Of a stretch of 64,000 bases of DNA, positions 41,571 to 53,095 are shown in pieces; position 1 is the stretch's first letter, and every line of letters begins with the position of its first letter. A program made the translations under genes and the position numbers. The notes beneath the pieces were generated by a model. The model was not told the DNA's origin and searched no databases. It saw only the letters and a list, made by a program, of their open reading frames with translations. The DNA lies in assembly GCA_048013815.1 (NCBI GenBank), contig CM106585.1, positions 17,670,001 to 17,734,000 of the forward strand, written 5' to 3'. This DNA is from Setoptus koraiensis (lineage: Eukaryota; Animalia; Arthropoda).

Positions 41571-43862
41571 AATTTTCGCACGACAGGTGCGGCATCCAGT
41601 CCACGGTGGCGCCATCTAGCTCTGCTGCTGGCTCACCACAAAATAACGCGGCCCCTCCGTTTGGTTTGCGCCAACAAAACACAAATGCCAACAGTGCATC
41701 GGCGGCAATGTCAACGCTAATCAACAACGCAAACAACAACAACAACAACTCATTGATAGTATTCAACAGGACGTGTTACGAGCTACAAACAACAAGTGGC
41801 GGCTCCTATCTCATCGCCGACACCTATTGCAAGGCACGCGGCGGCGCCCTGCTGAATTCTCTCAACAATGTCACGCACAATTTTATCTCGTTGGAACTGG
41901 AACGTGTCAAGGCGCAACTGAAATCCAAATTGATTTGGTTGGGCGCAAAACGTGACCAATCCACGGGCAATCCGAACCCGACAGTCAGCTCAGCGGCCAG
42001 TCAATCAACAGCAGCAGCAGCAATAAACAACAACAATCTCCAGTTGCCATCTACAATTGCGTCATCGTCTCAACAACAACACCAGGCCATCAAAGAGTTG
42101 TTCAGTGGCCTGCCGGTGACATCGTTGCAACACGCAGCCGGTCAAGCCGGCGCGGCGCCCATGCTACCCGAACCAATGGCTTTACTGGCGGCCGCACCAA
42201 GCCAATCGGACACCGCGCACGCATTTTATCAGGCTAGCTCGGGCGCAGGCGGCGCCACAAGTCGCGGTAGTCAGACTTTTGGCTTGCCAACGGCCACAGG
42301 TGGCGCTGGCGCCGGAAGCACCGGATACAACGCGCCAACAAGTGACTCGACGCAAGCCGACCAACAGTCTACTTCCGGTTTATTTAACAGGCCCAGTGCA
42401 AGCTCGCCCCGGTCCACCATAATCATTAGTCAGGCGGGTTCGCCGGCCTCGTCACTGTTTCAAGTGCCACCCTCGTTGCTGGCGGCCACCTCTCAATCGT
42501 CCGCTCAGTCGGCCCAGGCGCCCCAGTTGTCGTCCGACAAAAACACTCAGCCATTGTCCGCGTCTACATCGTTCACATCGTCATCTTCTTCAATGTCGGC
42601 TGCGTCGTCCTCGTCGGTCGGTCCCGCCGCCGCCGCCGCCCCCACCGCAACCAATCAATTGCCCGTGACCAATCCGCACCATCCGGTGTTGCACGGGCCG
42701 GCAAGATTGCGCGCAAGCAGTAGCAGCGGTGTTGTTGGCAGTTCGGGGGCCAGCGGTAGCCAGCTGCAGCAAGCGAGCAGCATTGTTTCGGACAGATTCG
42801 GTCAGACGAGTTCCGCGCCGGGCGCAAGTGTGTGGCGCTGGGCCGGTCAAGAGTGGCCCGGCCAGCCCATAACGTCGTTCATGTGGGCAGAGGAGCAGCC
42901 CAACAATTACAACAACCAACAGGATTGCATTGTGCTGGACGGGGCCCGCAAATGGCTGTGGAACGATGTAACTTGCGAGCTAAACTACCTGCCCTGGATA
43001 TGTCAGTATAGGCCCGTTAGCTGCGGTTCGCCCGAGCGCAACGAAAACTCCACCATCGTTGAGTTGACACAATTGGCATCACTGGCAGACAATCAACAAC
43101 AATTGCAACAACAACAACAATTGCTATTCCAACAAAATCGAGTTGTCACCTACGTGTGCCCGGTGGGACACAAATTAGTGGGTCCACGTCAGCGGAAGTG
43201 CCAATCGGACGGCTATTGGAGCGAACAAGCGCCAAAGTGTCAGTATGTTGATTGTGGTCATCTGGGCGCCTCGGCGACCGGTTCAACGGGTGTCGCTTCG
43301 CCGGCGTCGTCATCACAAAATAGCATTGTCGCCGGCAAGGACGCGGCCATAGACAATGGTCGCATTATTTATTTAAATCAATCACAAACAACCTATGGCA
43401 GCCTGGTGAAATACGTTTGTTACGAGGATTACGTTTTAGTTGGCCAAGACACCCGCCAGTGTCTTGGATCGGGCCTGTGGTCGGGCAAAAAACCCAATTG
43501 TGCCTACAAATGGTGCCCAGTGCTCACTCAAATACCCAACGGTTTTCTAAATGTTACCAGCTACAGTGAGAACAGTGTCGCCCACTACCAATGCAATCCT
43601 GGCTACAAATTGATCGGTGACGACACTCGTGTTTGTCTATTGGGTGGCAAATGGACCAATCAGGAGCCCTATTGTCAGTATGTCGATTGTGGGCCCCCAA
43701 ATCACATTCACAATGGCCAATATCAATTGTTGAATGGAACGAGCACAAATTATTTGAGCGTCGTCTCCTATAGTTGCAATCAAAATTACACATTGACGGG
43801 CGACAATCGGCTTGTTTGCGCCGAAACAAACCAGTGGCAAGGCAACGAGCCGCGCTGCCAAC
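41571..43862 (+). CDS. fw: furrowed-like exon: C-type lectin domain (split by a ~290-aa low-complexity insert) and four Sushi domains
   Basis: cacAG acceptor at 41570 gives EFSHDRC. CTLD motifs CYEL, YCKARGGAL, WLGAKR, WRW, WAEEQPNN, DCIVLD, WNDVTC. Four CCP repeats follow; donor C|GTGAGT at 43863. Confidence 0.92.
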
Positions 43863-44026
43863 GTGAGTATAATTCAGTTTGCTTTTTTCAGTCCCATTAT
43901 GTCAGCCTTGATGTTTTTTGTTGTTGTTGGTGCCTGTAAAAACATCAAGCGAGATATACTAATGACAAACAAATCGCTAATAATTAACTCAAATCAATCG
44001 TCAAACATTTATTTATTTTATGCCAG

Positions 44027-44206
44027 TTATTGAATGCGGCCCGCCGGAAGTCAACGGAGGATCTCAGTTGGTGGGCAGCAGCGCGTTCACCATCCACTCG
44101 ACGGTGGAGTATCAGTGCCAGAAGGGATTCAAACAAGTGGCGGGCGACCCGTCCAGAACCTGCCAGCCGGACGGTCGCTGGTCCGGCCAGCCGTTATCGT
44201 GCAAAT
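44027..44206 (+). CDS. fw: furrowed-like exon: one Sushi domain
   Basis: gccAG acceptor at 44026; LIECGPP...VEYQCQKGF...RTCQPDGRWSGQPLSCK; donor T|GTGAGT at 44207. Confidence 0.9.
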
Positions 44207-44354
44207 GTGAGTACCCATTCGCTTGCTGTTGTTAGCCGGTGCCAACTAATTAATTAATTAGTTGATGGCAGTTGCCGCTAGTTGGCAGTCCAACGATAAA
44301 TCTGACAACTGATTCTAACTCGCGATTCTCATTTGTTTTTCTCTCGCCTCGCCA

Positions 44355-44420
44355 ACACCGACCAACATCGACCGACACCAACCGACATCGACCGACACCA
44401 ACCGACATCGACCGACATCC
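44355..44420. repeat. Intronic 20-bp tandem (ACCGACACCAACCGACATCG)-type
   Basis: Repeated accgac/atcg/acca blocks just upstream of the 44427 acceptor. Confidence 0.75.
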
Positions 44421-44427
44421 AACGTAG

Positions 44428-46971
44428 ACGTCGACTGCGGCCGAGTGCCCGGCATCCTCAAGGGCGAACTGCAGTATCTCAACGGCACCACCTATCTCAA
44501 CAGTCAGGTCTTGTACGAGTGCACCCCGGGCAACAGAATTTCCGGCCACAAGATCAGATTTTGTGGCGCCGATGGCCGTTGGACGGGCGTGTCGCCCAAA
44601 TGCGAGGAGATCCGCTGCGATGCGCCCTCGTTGCCCGAGAACGGAAGCGCCATCTATTTGGGCAACGACCGGTCTCTTGTGGAACAATCGTTTTCTGTTG
44701 GCGTCACAGTGCAATACAATTGTGATTACGGTCACATTGTGCAGGGTCCCTGGGCCAACAGGCAGTGCCAGGCCAACGGCGAGTGGTCGGGCGAGGCGCC
44801 CACCTGTCGCTTTGTTGATTGTGGTCAGCCAACGGCGGTTGAATTCGCTCAGGTGACGCTCAAATATCCGACGGCCAATCAAAATTTGGTCCAAGGCAGT
44901 CGATTGCCCAATTTGAACGACGGCGGCCAGTCTGTTCCGCTCAACAATTATGAATTGATGACCCGGGCCGGGCCGCCCACCTATTACGGTTGCGTTGCTC
45001 ATTACGTTTGCGAGCCCAATTATCGCATGTCGGGCATGGGCATCGGCAGCACAAGCCAGCGCGAGTGCCTCGAGTCGGGACAATGGCGCAAACCGGCCCC
45101 AACTTGCGAGCCCGTACAATGTCCCAAACCGGATATACTGGACGAGCACACCCTGGTGGAGATCCAATTGGTTAGCGCCATCAACAATAACACCATCACT
45201 ACAGGCAATCATGTTGCAGCAAGCAATGTGCAGCAGCAGCAACAGCAGCAGAGGGCGCTGCTGGCTAGCACCCAGTTTGGTGTTCAGGACAAAATCAGCT
45301 ACAGTTGTGCCCTGGGGTACGAGCTGTACGGCGGGCCCGAGGTGCGCACTTGCACACATCACGGTCAGTGGAGCGGCTCATCGACGCCCCGCTGCAGACT
45401 GATCGATTGCGGCCGACCGCCGGCCATCAATCCCGAAACGGGTCGCTACTATCTGCTGAACGACACAACAACCTTCAATTCGCTAGTTGAATACACCTGT
45501 ATCAGGCCGTTTAAATTGATTGAGCGCAGCACAACAAGTGGCATATCGCGCCAAGACACTGACCTGTCGTCACAAGCTCCGTTTGGTGCCAACGGCAACA
45601 GCATGCCCATAGCGTTCGGCCTGAAGATTTGCAGTCAAACGGGCCAATGGTGGCCGAGTGACCTGGTGCCCAAGTGTGTCGGCTCGGATCTGAGCGAGTT
45701 CAACGGCGGCGACAACGCCGTCGACACCAGCAACAGAAACAATCAGCAAGTTCTGGCGCCCAACATGGCGCAGGATATTATCAACACAATTGGCGGAAGT
45801 AGTTTCAGGACAAACGCCAACGGGGGCGCTCACAGTCATCACAATCATCAGTCGATGTTGTGGCCGAATCTCATAATTGGCTTCGGTTTGTTTGTCATGC
45901 TCATACTAATTGTGGCCACATTGATTTGCATAAAAACAAAGAGGGCGCACAGTAGCAATCGCTCTCATCCGTCGTCGTCGTCGTCGCTGTCATCGGGCGC
46001 AATCACAAACAATCACGGCCAGCATCATATAAGCGCCGTCATGTCCAATGGTCAAAATCATATCACCGCTGGTCACCAGGCCAACGGTGTGTTGAGTCAC
46101 ATACTAAATGGTGCCACAAACGGTGTCGCGGCAAACAATCATCAACAGCAGCAATCGGGCAAGGGCATAATTGATGTGAGCCAGCATTACATTAATCAAC
46201 AAATGATGGGCACAATCCATTCAAATCATCACATGTATCACCATTTATTGGGCACTACCGGAAGTGGTGGCGTTGCAGGAGTCGGGCTAACCAACGGTGC
46301 TGGCTCTGTGGTGGGTTTGAGTGATCACAGTCTGCATTATGCCTCTAGTCCGGCTTTGCTCGGCATGGCTGGACACAATCATTTAACGGGACACAATGGA
46401 ACTGGGCAACAAATGCACGAATTGCCGCCAAATATGCGATTGCCAATTAGTGGACAAGCTCTCATGAATGCGCTAAGTAACCAAGCCGGCGGTGGCGGCT
46501 CGCAATTGGGTACGCCAGGCTCAAATTCTTCTTCGGCCGTATCCATGGCGACAGCCAGCACCGGAAGTGTTGGTGCCGACGATCAACAGCAGCAGCAACA
46601 ACAGCTGAGATCAAATAGAGCATCGGCAATGATGACATACTCTCGTTTGAGTATTGAATCAGATGGCGCCACTAACAATAGTGGCTCTATTAATAATAAC
46701 AATGGTCAGCCATTGAATACGGCCCACTCAATAAGGCACAATCCCAATGGGCTAATTACGTTTGTTTCGCCTGCCCAACAACAGCAACACCAGCAACCAT
46801 CTAATAATAACAAGCAACCTGCAATATCTGCCAATGTCAATCAAATATCGCCCCATTCGGCGCAGACGTCACTATCGATCTCATCGGCCTCATCGCCGGC
46901 CTCCTCTTCCGCTTCCTCATCGTCTTCTAATCATCAACAACGTGTTGCATCTAATCAACAGCAGCAGCAGC

Positions 46972-47006
<35 letters not shown>

Positions 47007-47282
47007 AGAGAACGCAGTCTGTCCAATCGATTGTCCACTAACTCAATGTTGGCCGCAGCAACAGCTTCCGGTCAGCTACAGATCAGCAGAAGTCAATTTC
47101 AGGCGCCCAGGCCGCCATCAGAGGGATCGCCACAACCTCCTAGCTTGCCAGCGCATCCACCACCCCCGCATAGACTGCATCATCATCAGCAACAGCTAAT
47201 GAAGCAACAGGGCCAGAGACAACAGGCAACTATCAATCAATCTAGTCAACAGCAACACCATTACATGGAACCAAATGTATAG
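44428..47282 (+). CDS. fw: furrowed-like last exon: five Sushi domains, TM helix, long N/Q/H/S-rich cytoplasmic tail
   Basis: cgtAG acceptor at 44427 gives YVDCGRVP. Five CCP repeats, TM LIIGFGLFVMLILIVATLICI (~45870-45932) followed by KTKR, stop TAG at 47280-47282. Confidence 0.92.
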
Positions 47283-47827
47283 ATGGCACATAACACACTA
47301 GGGACACATTAATCCAGGTAGGCAATGTGCATTGAATTTATTATAAATTATCTAGTCTTATTGTTTCAAATCAATGTCATCGTGAAACTATCCTCTATGT
47401 GGTCTGTTATTTGTGAACACATCATTCTATCTATTCTCAGTAGTTTATATGATGGATCAATCATTGATTGTTGAATTTTGTTTCATTACCGATACACATT
47501 GTATATGTATATATATATATAAATATTCTATAGGTGCTTGTAGAATGATAGTTTATCTATAAACCGTTGTTTAATTGTTGAATGTTTGTTCAATGTGTGG
47601 ATTGGTGTTTTGTTAAATCCATCACAGTCATCTTATCTGTCCTCATACATGATTAACCTAGACAAATTACATGTCTAAGTGTGGACACACCGCGACAAAT
47701 CCGTGTATCTATCAAATAATTGTTTGTAGTAATGTTCGACGATACGGCCTCAATCATGTAATATAAGCAGTAGACGCAAATTAGAGAGACCATCAAATAA
47801 GAGATATGGTTACTGGATCCTATTCAT

Positions 47828-47833
47828 AATAAA
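47828..47833 (+). promoter_or_regulatory. Possible polyadenylation signal of the furrowed-like gene
   Basis: AATAAA about 550 nt after the stop codon in an AT-rich 3' region; no transcript support. Confidence 0.3.
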
Positions 47834-48151
47834 GATACTGATATTGATAAATATGTTGATATCAAGACAATTTTACGTGTTCTCCCGTCCCCAGGCCTCA
47901 TTTCTTTTCCGGCTTTCAGGCTTCAATCTTTAACGCTTTGTTTTATTGGGTCGACTGTAGGATTGGTGTTGCTTGACTTGAGATCGCCCTTCTAACAAAT
48001 ACATCTAACTTGTGAGGATACAGGCATCTCCGAGCTAACAATCTAAGTTACACTTGTAACCTGACAACTTGTGAGTGACGTTTAATGTTAGGTGTTAAAT
48101 CTGTTGTCCGAGAACTGGGTTGTTGTAGCGAACTGGGCGTAGTTTCGATCT

Positions 48152-48266
48152 GGGTATTTTGGGTATTTTTGGGTAGAGTATAGTACCCTGATACCCGAAT
48201 AGGTATTCATAAGATGTAGAAATTTACGGTTTTCGAGTTACCTGAGGTACCGCACAGTGGGCGTTT
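48152..48266 (+). repeat. Partial third copy of the module left-end sequence (GGGTATTTTGGG...CAGTGGGCGTTT), cut by the gap
   Basis: Aligns colinearly with 62025-62139 and, more loosely, with ~50050-50170. Confidence 0.85.
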
Positions 48267-48766
48267 NNNNNNNNNNNNNNNNNNNNNNNNNNNNNNNNNN
48301 NNNNNNNNNNNNNNNNNNNNNNNNNNNNNNNNNNNNNNNNNNNNNNNNNNNNNNNNNNNNNNNNNNNNNNNNNNNNNNNNNNNNNNNNNNNNNNNNNNNN
48401 NNNNNNNNNNNNNNNNNNNNNNNNNNNNNNNNNNNNNNNNNNNNNNNNNNNNNNNNNNNNNNNNNNNNNNNNNNNNNNNNNNNNNNNNNNNNNNNNNNNN
48501 NNNNNNNNNNNNNNNNNNNNNNNNNNNNNNNNNNNNNNNNNNNNNNNNNNNNNNNNNNNNNNNNNNNNNNNNNNNNNNNNNNNNNNNNNNNNNNNNNNNN
48601 NNNNNNNNNNNNNNNNNNNNNNNNNNNNNNNNNNNNNNNNNNNNNNNNNNNNNNNNNNNNNNNNNNNNNNNNNNNNNNNNNNNNNNNNNNNNNNNNNNNN
48701 NNNNNNNNNNNNNNNNNNNNNNNNNNNNNNNNNNNNNNNNNNNNNNNNNNNNNNNNNNNNNNNNNN
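48267..48766. other. Assembly gap (500 N)
   Basis: Run of N. Confidence 1.
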
Positions 48767-48780
48767 TTTACTATTTGAGC

Positions 48781-49083
48781 ATGAACGGAGAAGACTTTCA
48801 AGGTAACACGACCAAGAGTGCACGAAAGTCACTAAAAACAAAAGCTGTTAAAACTGGACTTGGTCCAAGGAAAACTTCATCATCACTCGGTGTAAAATCT
48901 ACGCAGGAAACGAAAGGATTGGGCCCAAAATCTTTTAAAAGCCTTGCCGGCAAGAAGTCTGTCAAGAGTATCGTCGCCCCGAAATCTGTTAATAGCATCG
49001 TCGGCGCGATATCTGTTAATAGCATCATCGACCCGAAATCTGTCAAGAGCATCGTCGCCCCGAAATCTGTTAGAAGCCGATAA
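48781..49083 (+). CDS. Small Lys/Ser-rich basic protein with an ARKS motif and 9-aa repeats (KSVKSIVAP); histone-tail/H1-like; frame is open into the gap
   Basis: TTKSARKSLKTKAVK...; 27-bp tandem units at ~48957-49070; no stop between the gap and ATG 48781. Confidence 0.55.
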   Translation: MNGEDFQGNTTKSARKSLKTKAVKTGLGPRKTSSSLGVKSTQETKGLGPKSFKSLAGKKSVKSIVAPKSVNSIVGAISVNSIIDPKSVKSIVAPKSVRSR

Positions 49084-49457
49084 ATGATTATTTTCTCACT
49101 GTCAAAATAGGTCGAAATAGACGAGCCAAAACGCTGCTAAAACTGTGCCTCTCTATCGTTATCGTAGTGTGTATGTTGAATACAGTAGTACAATAGTGTG
49201 TCAATTGTGACAAATTATTGTTTACAACATTTACGACTGCAACTCTATAGAATATCTCGAAATTGATTATCAAAACTCATTCGACTCCAAAGTCGAGTAG
49301 GTGTTACAATCACCCGCGTTTCAAACATACTTTATATTTGTGTCTTAACGTTTTGTATGCATGGCTAGGTTAGAATAAAAAGTCTATAATGCAAAGTATA
49401 ATTATCATTGGAGCATTTTTTTGTGGTTAATTCAATCTCAATTAACGATTCAGTCAG

Positions 49458-49715
49458 TTAATTTTTGCAGATATGCAAAACGACCGATGATTGGTTGATC
49501 AGAAGTCTCTTTCTTGCATCTGCACTGGTTGTGAACGTTCCATCAAAATTACCAATCACGAGATTTTATCCGGAATTATACACTGTCAAGAGTATCGTTT
49601 CATTTCTATCTGGGACATCCGTTTCCAATTTTCTTTCCTCATTCAATTTTTGATAAACATTCTTATTGGGCAATACTGGTGACGATTTCGTGCTGTTGAG
49701 TTCATGCTTATTCAT
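49458..49715 (-). pseudogene. 85-codon frame with one internal TAA; C-terminal half resembles a NUMOD1/IENR1 helix-turn-helix
   Basis: My translation: MNKHELNS...ETILLTVYNSG*NLVIGNFDGTFTTSADARKRLLINQSSVVLHICKN; internal stop at 49566-49568. Confidence 0.3.
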
Positions 49716-50007
49716 TGGTATTATGGAGGGTATTCCGTCTTACGAACAAAGAACGAGCGAAACAAACAATGGACCTGGCAGATTTAGATTGTTGCGTCGT
49801 CTATTGTTTGTCCATGGCCACTTGTTCTATGTGCGATCGGCTAGAACAATCAATTATTTTTTTTTATATAAATAGGGCAATATGAATAGCATATTCTTTA
49901 CAAGAATATGCTATTTATATTGCCCCAATTTCTCTATGGCTTCTATAATGGCTTCTCAGGAGGAACTGTCTACAGTCCCATGACGCTGATTGGGTACAAT
50001 ATATTCT

Positions 50008-50995
50008 GGGGCTTCTCCGAAAAGACGACACACCACAATTTGAGTATTTCGGGTATTTATGGGTAGGGTATGGTGCCTTGATACCGGAATGGGTATTCCG
50101 GAAGTGCGGAAATTTCCCGTACCCGAGATACCCGAGATACCGCATACTGGGTATTTTAGGGTATTTGAGGGCATATTGACAGTACAGTCGGCCGTACTCA
50201 CCCGCACGGACATCGGGTAGGGTACTAAGGTCTTCGCATCGGTGGTAGATTGTACCTAGAAGCTAAAGCAAGAAAATAAAAGTGATCAAACTGAAGAGGC
50301 GTGACCAATGCGCACGGCACGAATTGAAACCGCGCATAATCAATTTAAGGATATATCCCCAATGTATATATCCCCCCATGTAACACCCCAGGCGAAGCCT
50401 GACGTCCTAGCCTCGACCAGGACTCCTACTAATAAAGGTTCAGGGCCAGGGTTCAAGGCAGTACAATAGCCCTTCCGTCTGCCATGCATCTTGGGCCCGG
50501 GCCGGAGAAGGGGTTCGGCCTCCAGTCGTCCACGCCTACGGCCTGCGGCCTCCGGCGGGACGACTGACGGCCACCTAACTGAAAAAGATTCTTCCCGTGG
50601 ACTGGGAGTCGAATGGGCGGGGCCCGTGATCGGATTTCTTCTATATAGGGTGTGAATTTGCTTCAGAGACCGTAACTAGTTGGTAGTACAGCCGAATAAC
50701 ATCAGTTTTAAAACCGGAAGTGTGACTTGCATATATTGTAGAATATCTCGCGAACGAGTTGATGTAGAAGATTTATCTAAACGCTATCACATAGATAGCA
50801 TGTGGATCTAGACAATCATACAAAAATTGAAGGTCTGAGGCCCCTCTGAGGCCCGAAAAATGCATTTTTCTATAACTCCGGAAGTAGAAATTTCCGCACT
50901 TCCGGACCACTTTATTTGTTCTTTGGGGCCCCTTCGGAGCCCATATGTGAAGTTTGAAGGAAATCGGAGTGTGTCGTCTTTTCGGAGAACACCCC
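50008..50995. mobile_element. Module 1: ~1-kb non-coding unit with nested inverted repeats (MITE- or HINE-like)
   Basis: Perfect 21-bp IR 50013-50033/50969-50989, perfect 20-bp inner IR 50097-50116/50887-50906, GC-rich hairpin core 50390-50572. No TSD identified. Confidence 0.7.
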
Positions 50996-51491
50996 AAACT
51001 TGTAGGACTATCATGTCCCAAAGCTAAATTAGCTCTCTTTTGCATAGATTGGTGTCACTCTAGGCATTGATCTGTGTCAATAGCATGCTTGACAAGTTAG
51101 TTTAGCATATTATACAAGCACTGGATGACATTCAAACATAATTATCACTCTTGAAGTGATACAAATGATCAATTAAGCCGGTCATCTGTCAATGGCAAGT
51201 TAATCAGAAGCACCTATTGGTAAAATTTGACTATTGACCAGCTTAATTTGCCGCCAATACTCATAGACTGATGTTCATGATTGACATTGTTGACTTTATT
51301 GAACTGATTCAATTGAACCTTGTTGTGTATACAGTTCTAAATAGTAATGTTGCACAAAATTTTGCGCCAGTTTTTCGCTCATGCTCGTGTGCAAACTTGA
51401 TGGACTATCATGTCCCAAAGCTAAATTAGCTCTCTTTTGCATAGATTGGTGTCAATCTAGGATTGATCTGTGTCAATAGCATGCTTGACAA
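50995..51491 (+). repeat. 397-bp satellite, ~1.25 units
   Basis: GGACTATCATGTCC at 51005 and 51402 (spacing 397); same unit as 54113-55412. Confidence 0.95.
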
Positions 51492-51650
51492 TAGGAATTT
51501 ACTGATGATGATCTGAATGAATTAGGACAGTCATGTCTCTGTTGGGAAACGGTCAAGGCTGAGATCTGTTTGGTTTTTATTTTATTCATATATCTTTGAT
51601 ATAGTGGTAACAGAAATGAGATTATAATCCTCATAATAGCAGATATATCG

Positions 51651-52244
51651 TCAGAATCGGAGATCCGGTAAATCACTCATACTAATTACTTTTGCGGCCC
51701 ATTTTGAATACTTGTCGATCGGTGCTGGTGTAGGAACACTACCTCCATCACTGTTCATCGTGTTCGCCAAGATGTCGATATCTATTATTTCTCGACTATT
51801 ATTGGGAAGCAGTTTAAATCGCTCGAATCCGAAATTATCAGCAAGTTTCCAATATGCTTTCTTTTTATATGGAGCATCCATGACTCGAAGAGGCGTCTTA
51901 TGGATGTCAAGTTGGAAGAAAAGTAATAGGACTAGCATATGAGCGGTTGCCGACGCTTTTTCGTCAGTGCTCCCAATCCCTGTCACGTTGCATCCCTCTC
52001 CTATGCCTTCGAAAATGAATTGAAGACGCCTGCCTACGAACCCCTTATCTGCGAATTCTCGCACCGTCAATCCTAATCCTCGACTTAAATAGTCTATCGT
52101 TTCCTTTGGAGTTCTCCTATCTTCAGGCCTACCGGTGACCTGTACTCTTGGCCATCTGTCTCCAGTATTTCTATCCATGATCTCCAGTCGGCGACTTCCG
52201 AAGAAATTTTCATCTGCTGGTGGAAGAGCTGCGTCGTCAGTCAT
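51651..52244 (-). CDS. 197-aa protein with a putative divergent double-stranded-RNA-binding domain (dsRBD)
   Basis: aa45-110 TPKETIDYLSRGLGL-TVREF-RLQFIFE-VTGIGSTDEKASATAHMLVLLL follows the alpha-beta-beta-beta-alpha dsRBD pattern (P..L..., G.G.sk..A...Aa..l..L). It lacks the KKxAK RNA-contact lysines. Confidence 0.45.
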   Translation of the reverse strand: MTDDAALPPADENFFGSRRLEIMDRNTGDRWPRVQVTGRPEDRRTPKETIDYLSRGLGLTVREFADKGFVGRRLQFIFEGIGEGCNVTGIGSTDEKASATAHMLVLLLFFQLDIHKTPLRVMDAPYKKKAYWKLADNFGFERFKLLPNNSREIIDIDILANTMNSDGGSVPTPAPIDKYSKWAAKVISMSDLPDLRF

Positions 52245-52338
52245 TATTACTTTTTTTATGGAGAAGTTTTATTTTATTAGCGCTTAATTTTAATTAAGGG
52301 CTTATGATGTAGTGTTGTTGGATCCTATAAATCACGCA

Positions 52339-52533
52339 TGAATATCCACGCACGGTATGATGGTGGATACTTAATTCTTGCATTTCATAGGATATTCACC
52401 AATTGTGCTATGGTGATTCACGCGCTGTGTGCTTGTGAATACTCCGACTTTGTATGCCAGTGAATATCCACGTACCGATTTATTTGTGGATATTCACAGT
52501 TTTCGATCTTGAGAGTCACGCGCTGTGTGCTTG
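52339..52533. repeat. Array of GTGAATATCCAC/GTGGATATTCAC motifs upstream of the dsRBD-like ORF, including a perfect 12-bp stem
   Basis: Stem 52460-52471/52486-52497 with a 14-nt loop; further partial copies; CACGCGCTGTGTGCTTG occurs twice. Confidence 0.8.
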
Positions 52534-52828
52534 CATACATTAGCACTAGCATAATCAGTGCTTAGTGAGTGTGTAGGCAGGAATGTGCTTGGGAGGTGGG
52601 AGGTGGGAGGTACACTCAAGCTTGAGATTCAAAAGTTCGTCCACCTCCCAAATACACATTTACTAGGGAGGTGGATTGAATCTTGAGTCTCGGGCTCATG
52701 TCTAGTTAGGAGGTGGACCGAAGCTATAACGAGAATTGAATTTTAAGTCCAGAGCTCATGCAGAGGTTGATGTATTGTGAGGAGGTGGATCGATGCTATA
52801 CACGATCTGTGCAAGTCTTATCAATTTT

Positions 52829-53095
52829 CTGTTTCTAGTATTGGCGCTATAGGCCATATTGTGGCACATGTGCCCATACATTATGTGCGATTTTCGAAAC
52901 TGTTCTGTTTCTAGTATTGGCGCTATAGGCAATTCTGGATCATGTTAGCTCATTCAATACATGTGATTTCTGATCACATGTGCCCATACATTATGTGCAA
53001 TTTTCGAAACTGTTCTGTTTCTAGTATTGGCGATATAGGCCATTTTGTGGCACATGTTCTTCCACAGTATGTTCAATTTTCGAAACTGTTCTCAC
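52829..53095. repeat. 76-bp minisatellite, 3 units (second has a 34-bp insert)
   Basis: CTGTTTCTAGTATTGGCG starts at 52829, 52905 and 53015. Confidence 0.85.

Noticed and set aside
44250-45362. 370-aa minus-strand ORF
   Set aside because: Antisense shadow of the furrowed Sushi exon.
48224-48841. ORFs spanning the N gap
   Set aside because: Artefacts of translating N as X.
48959-49598. 16-bp identity CTGTCAAGAGTATCGT at 48959 and 49583
   Set aside because: Isolated match with no extended homology; no interpretation supportable.
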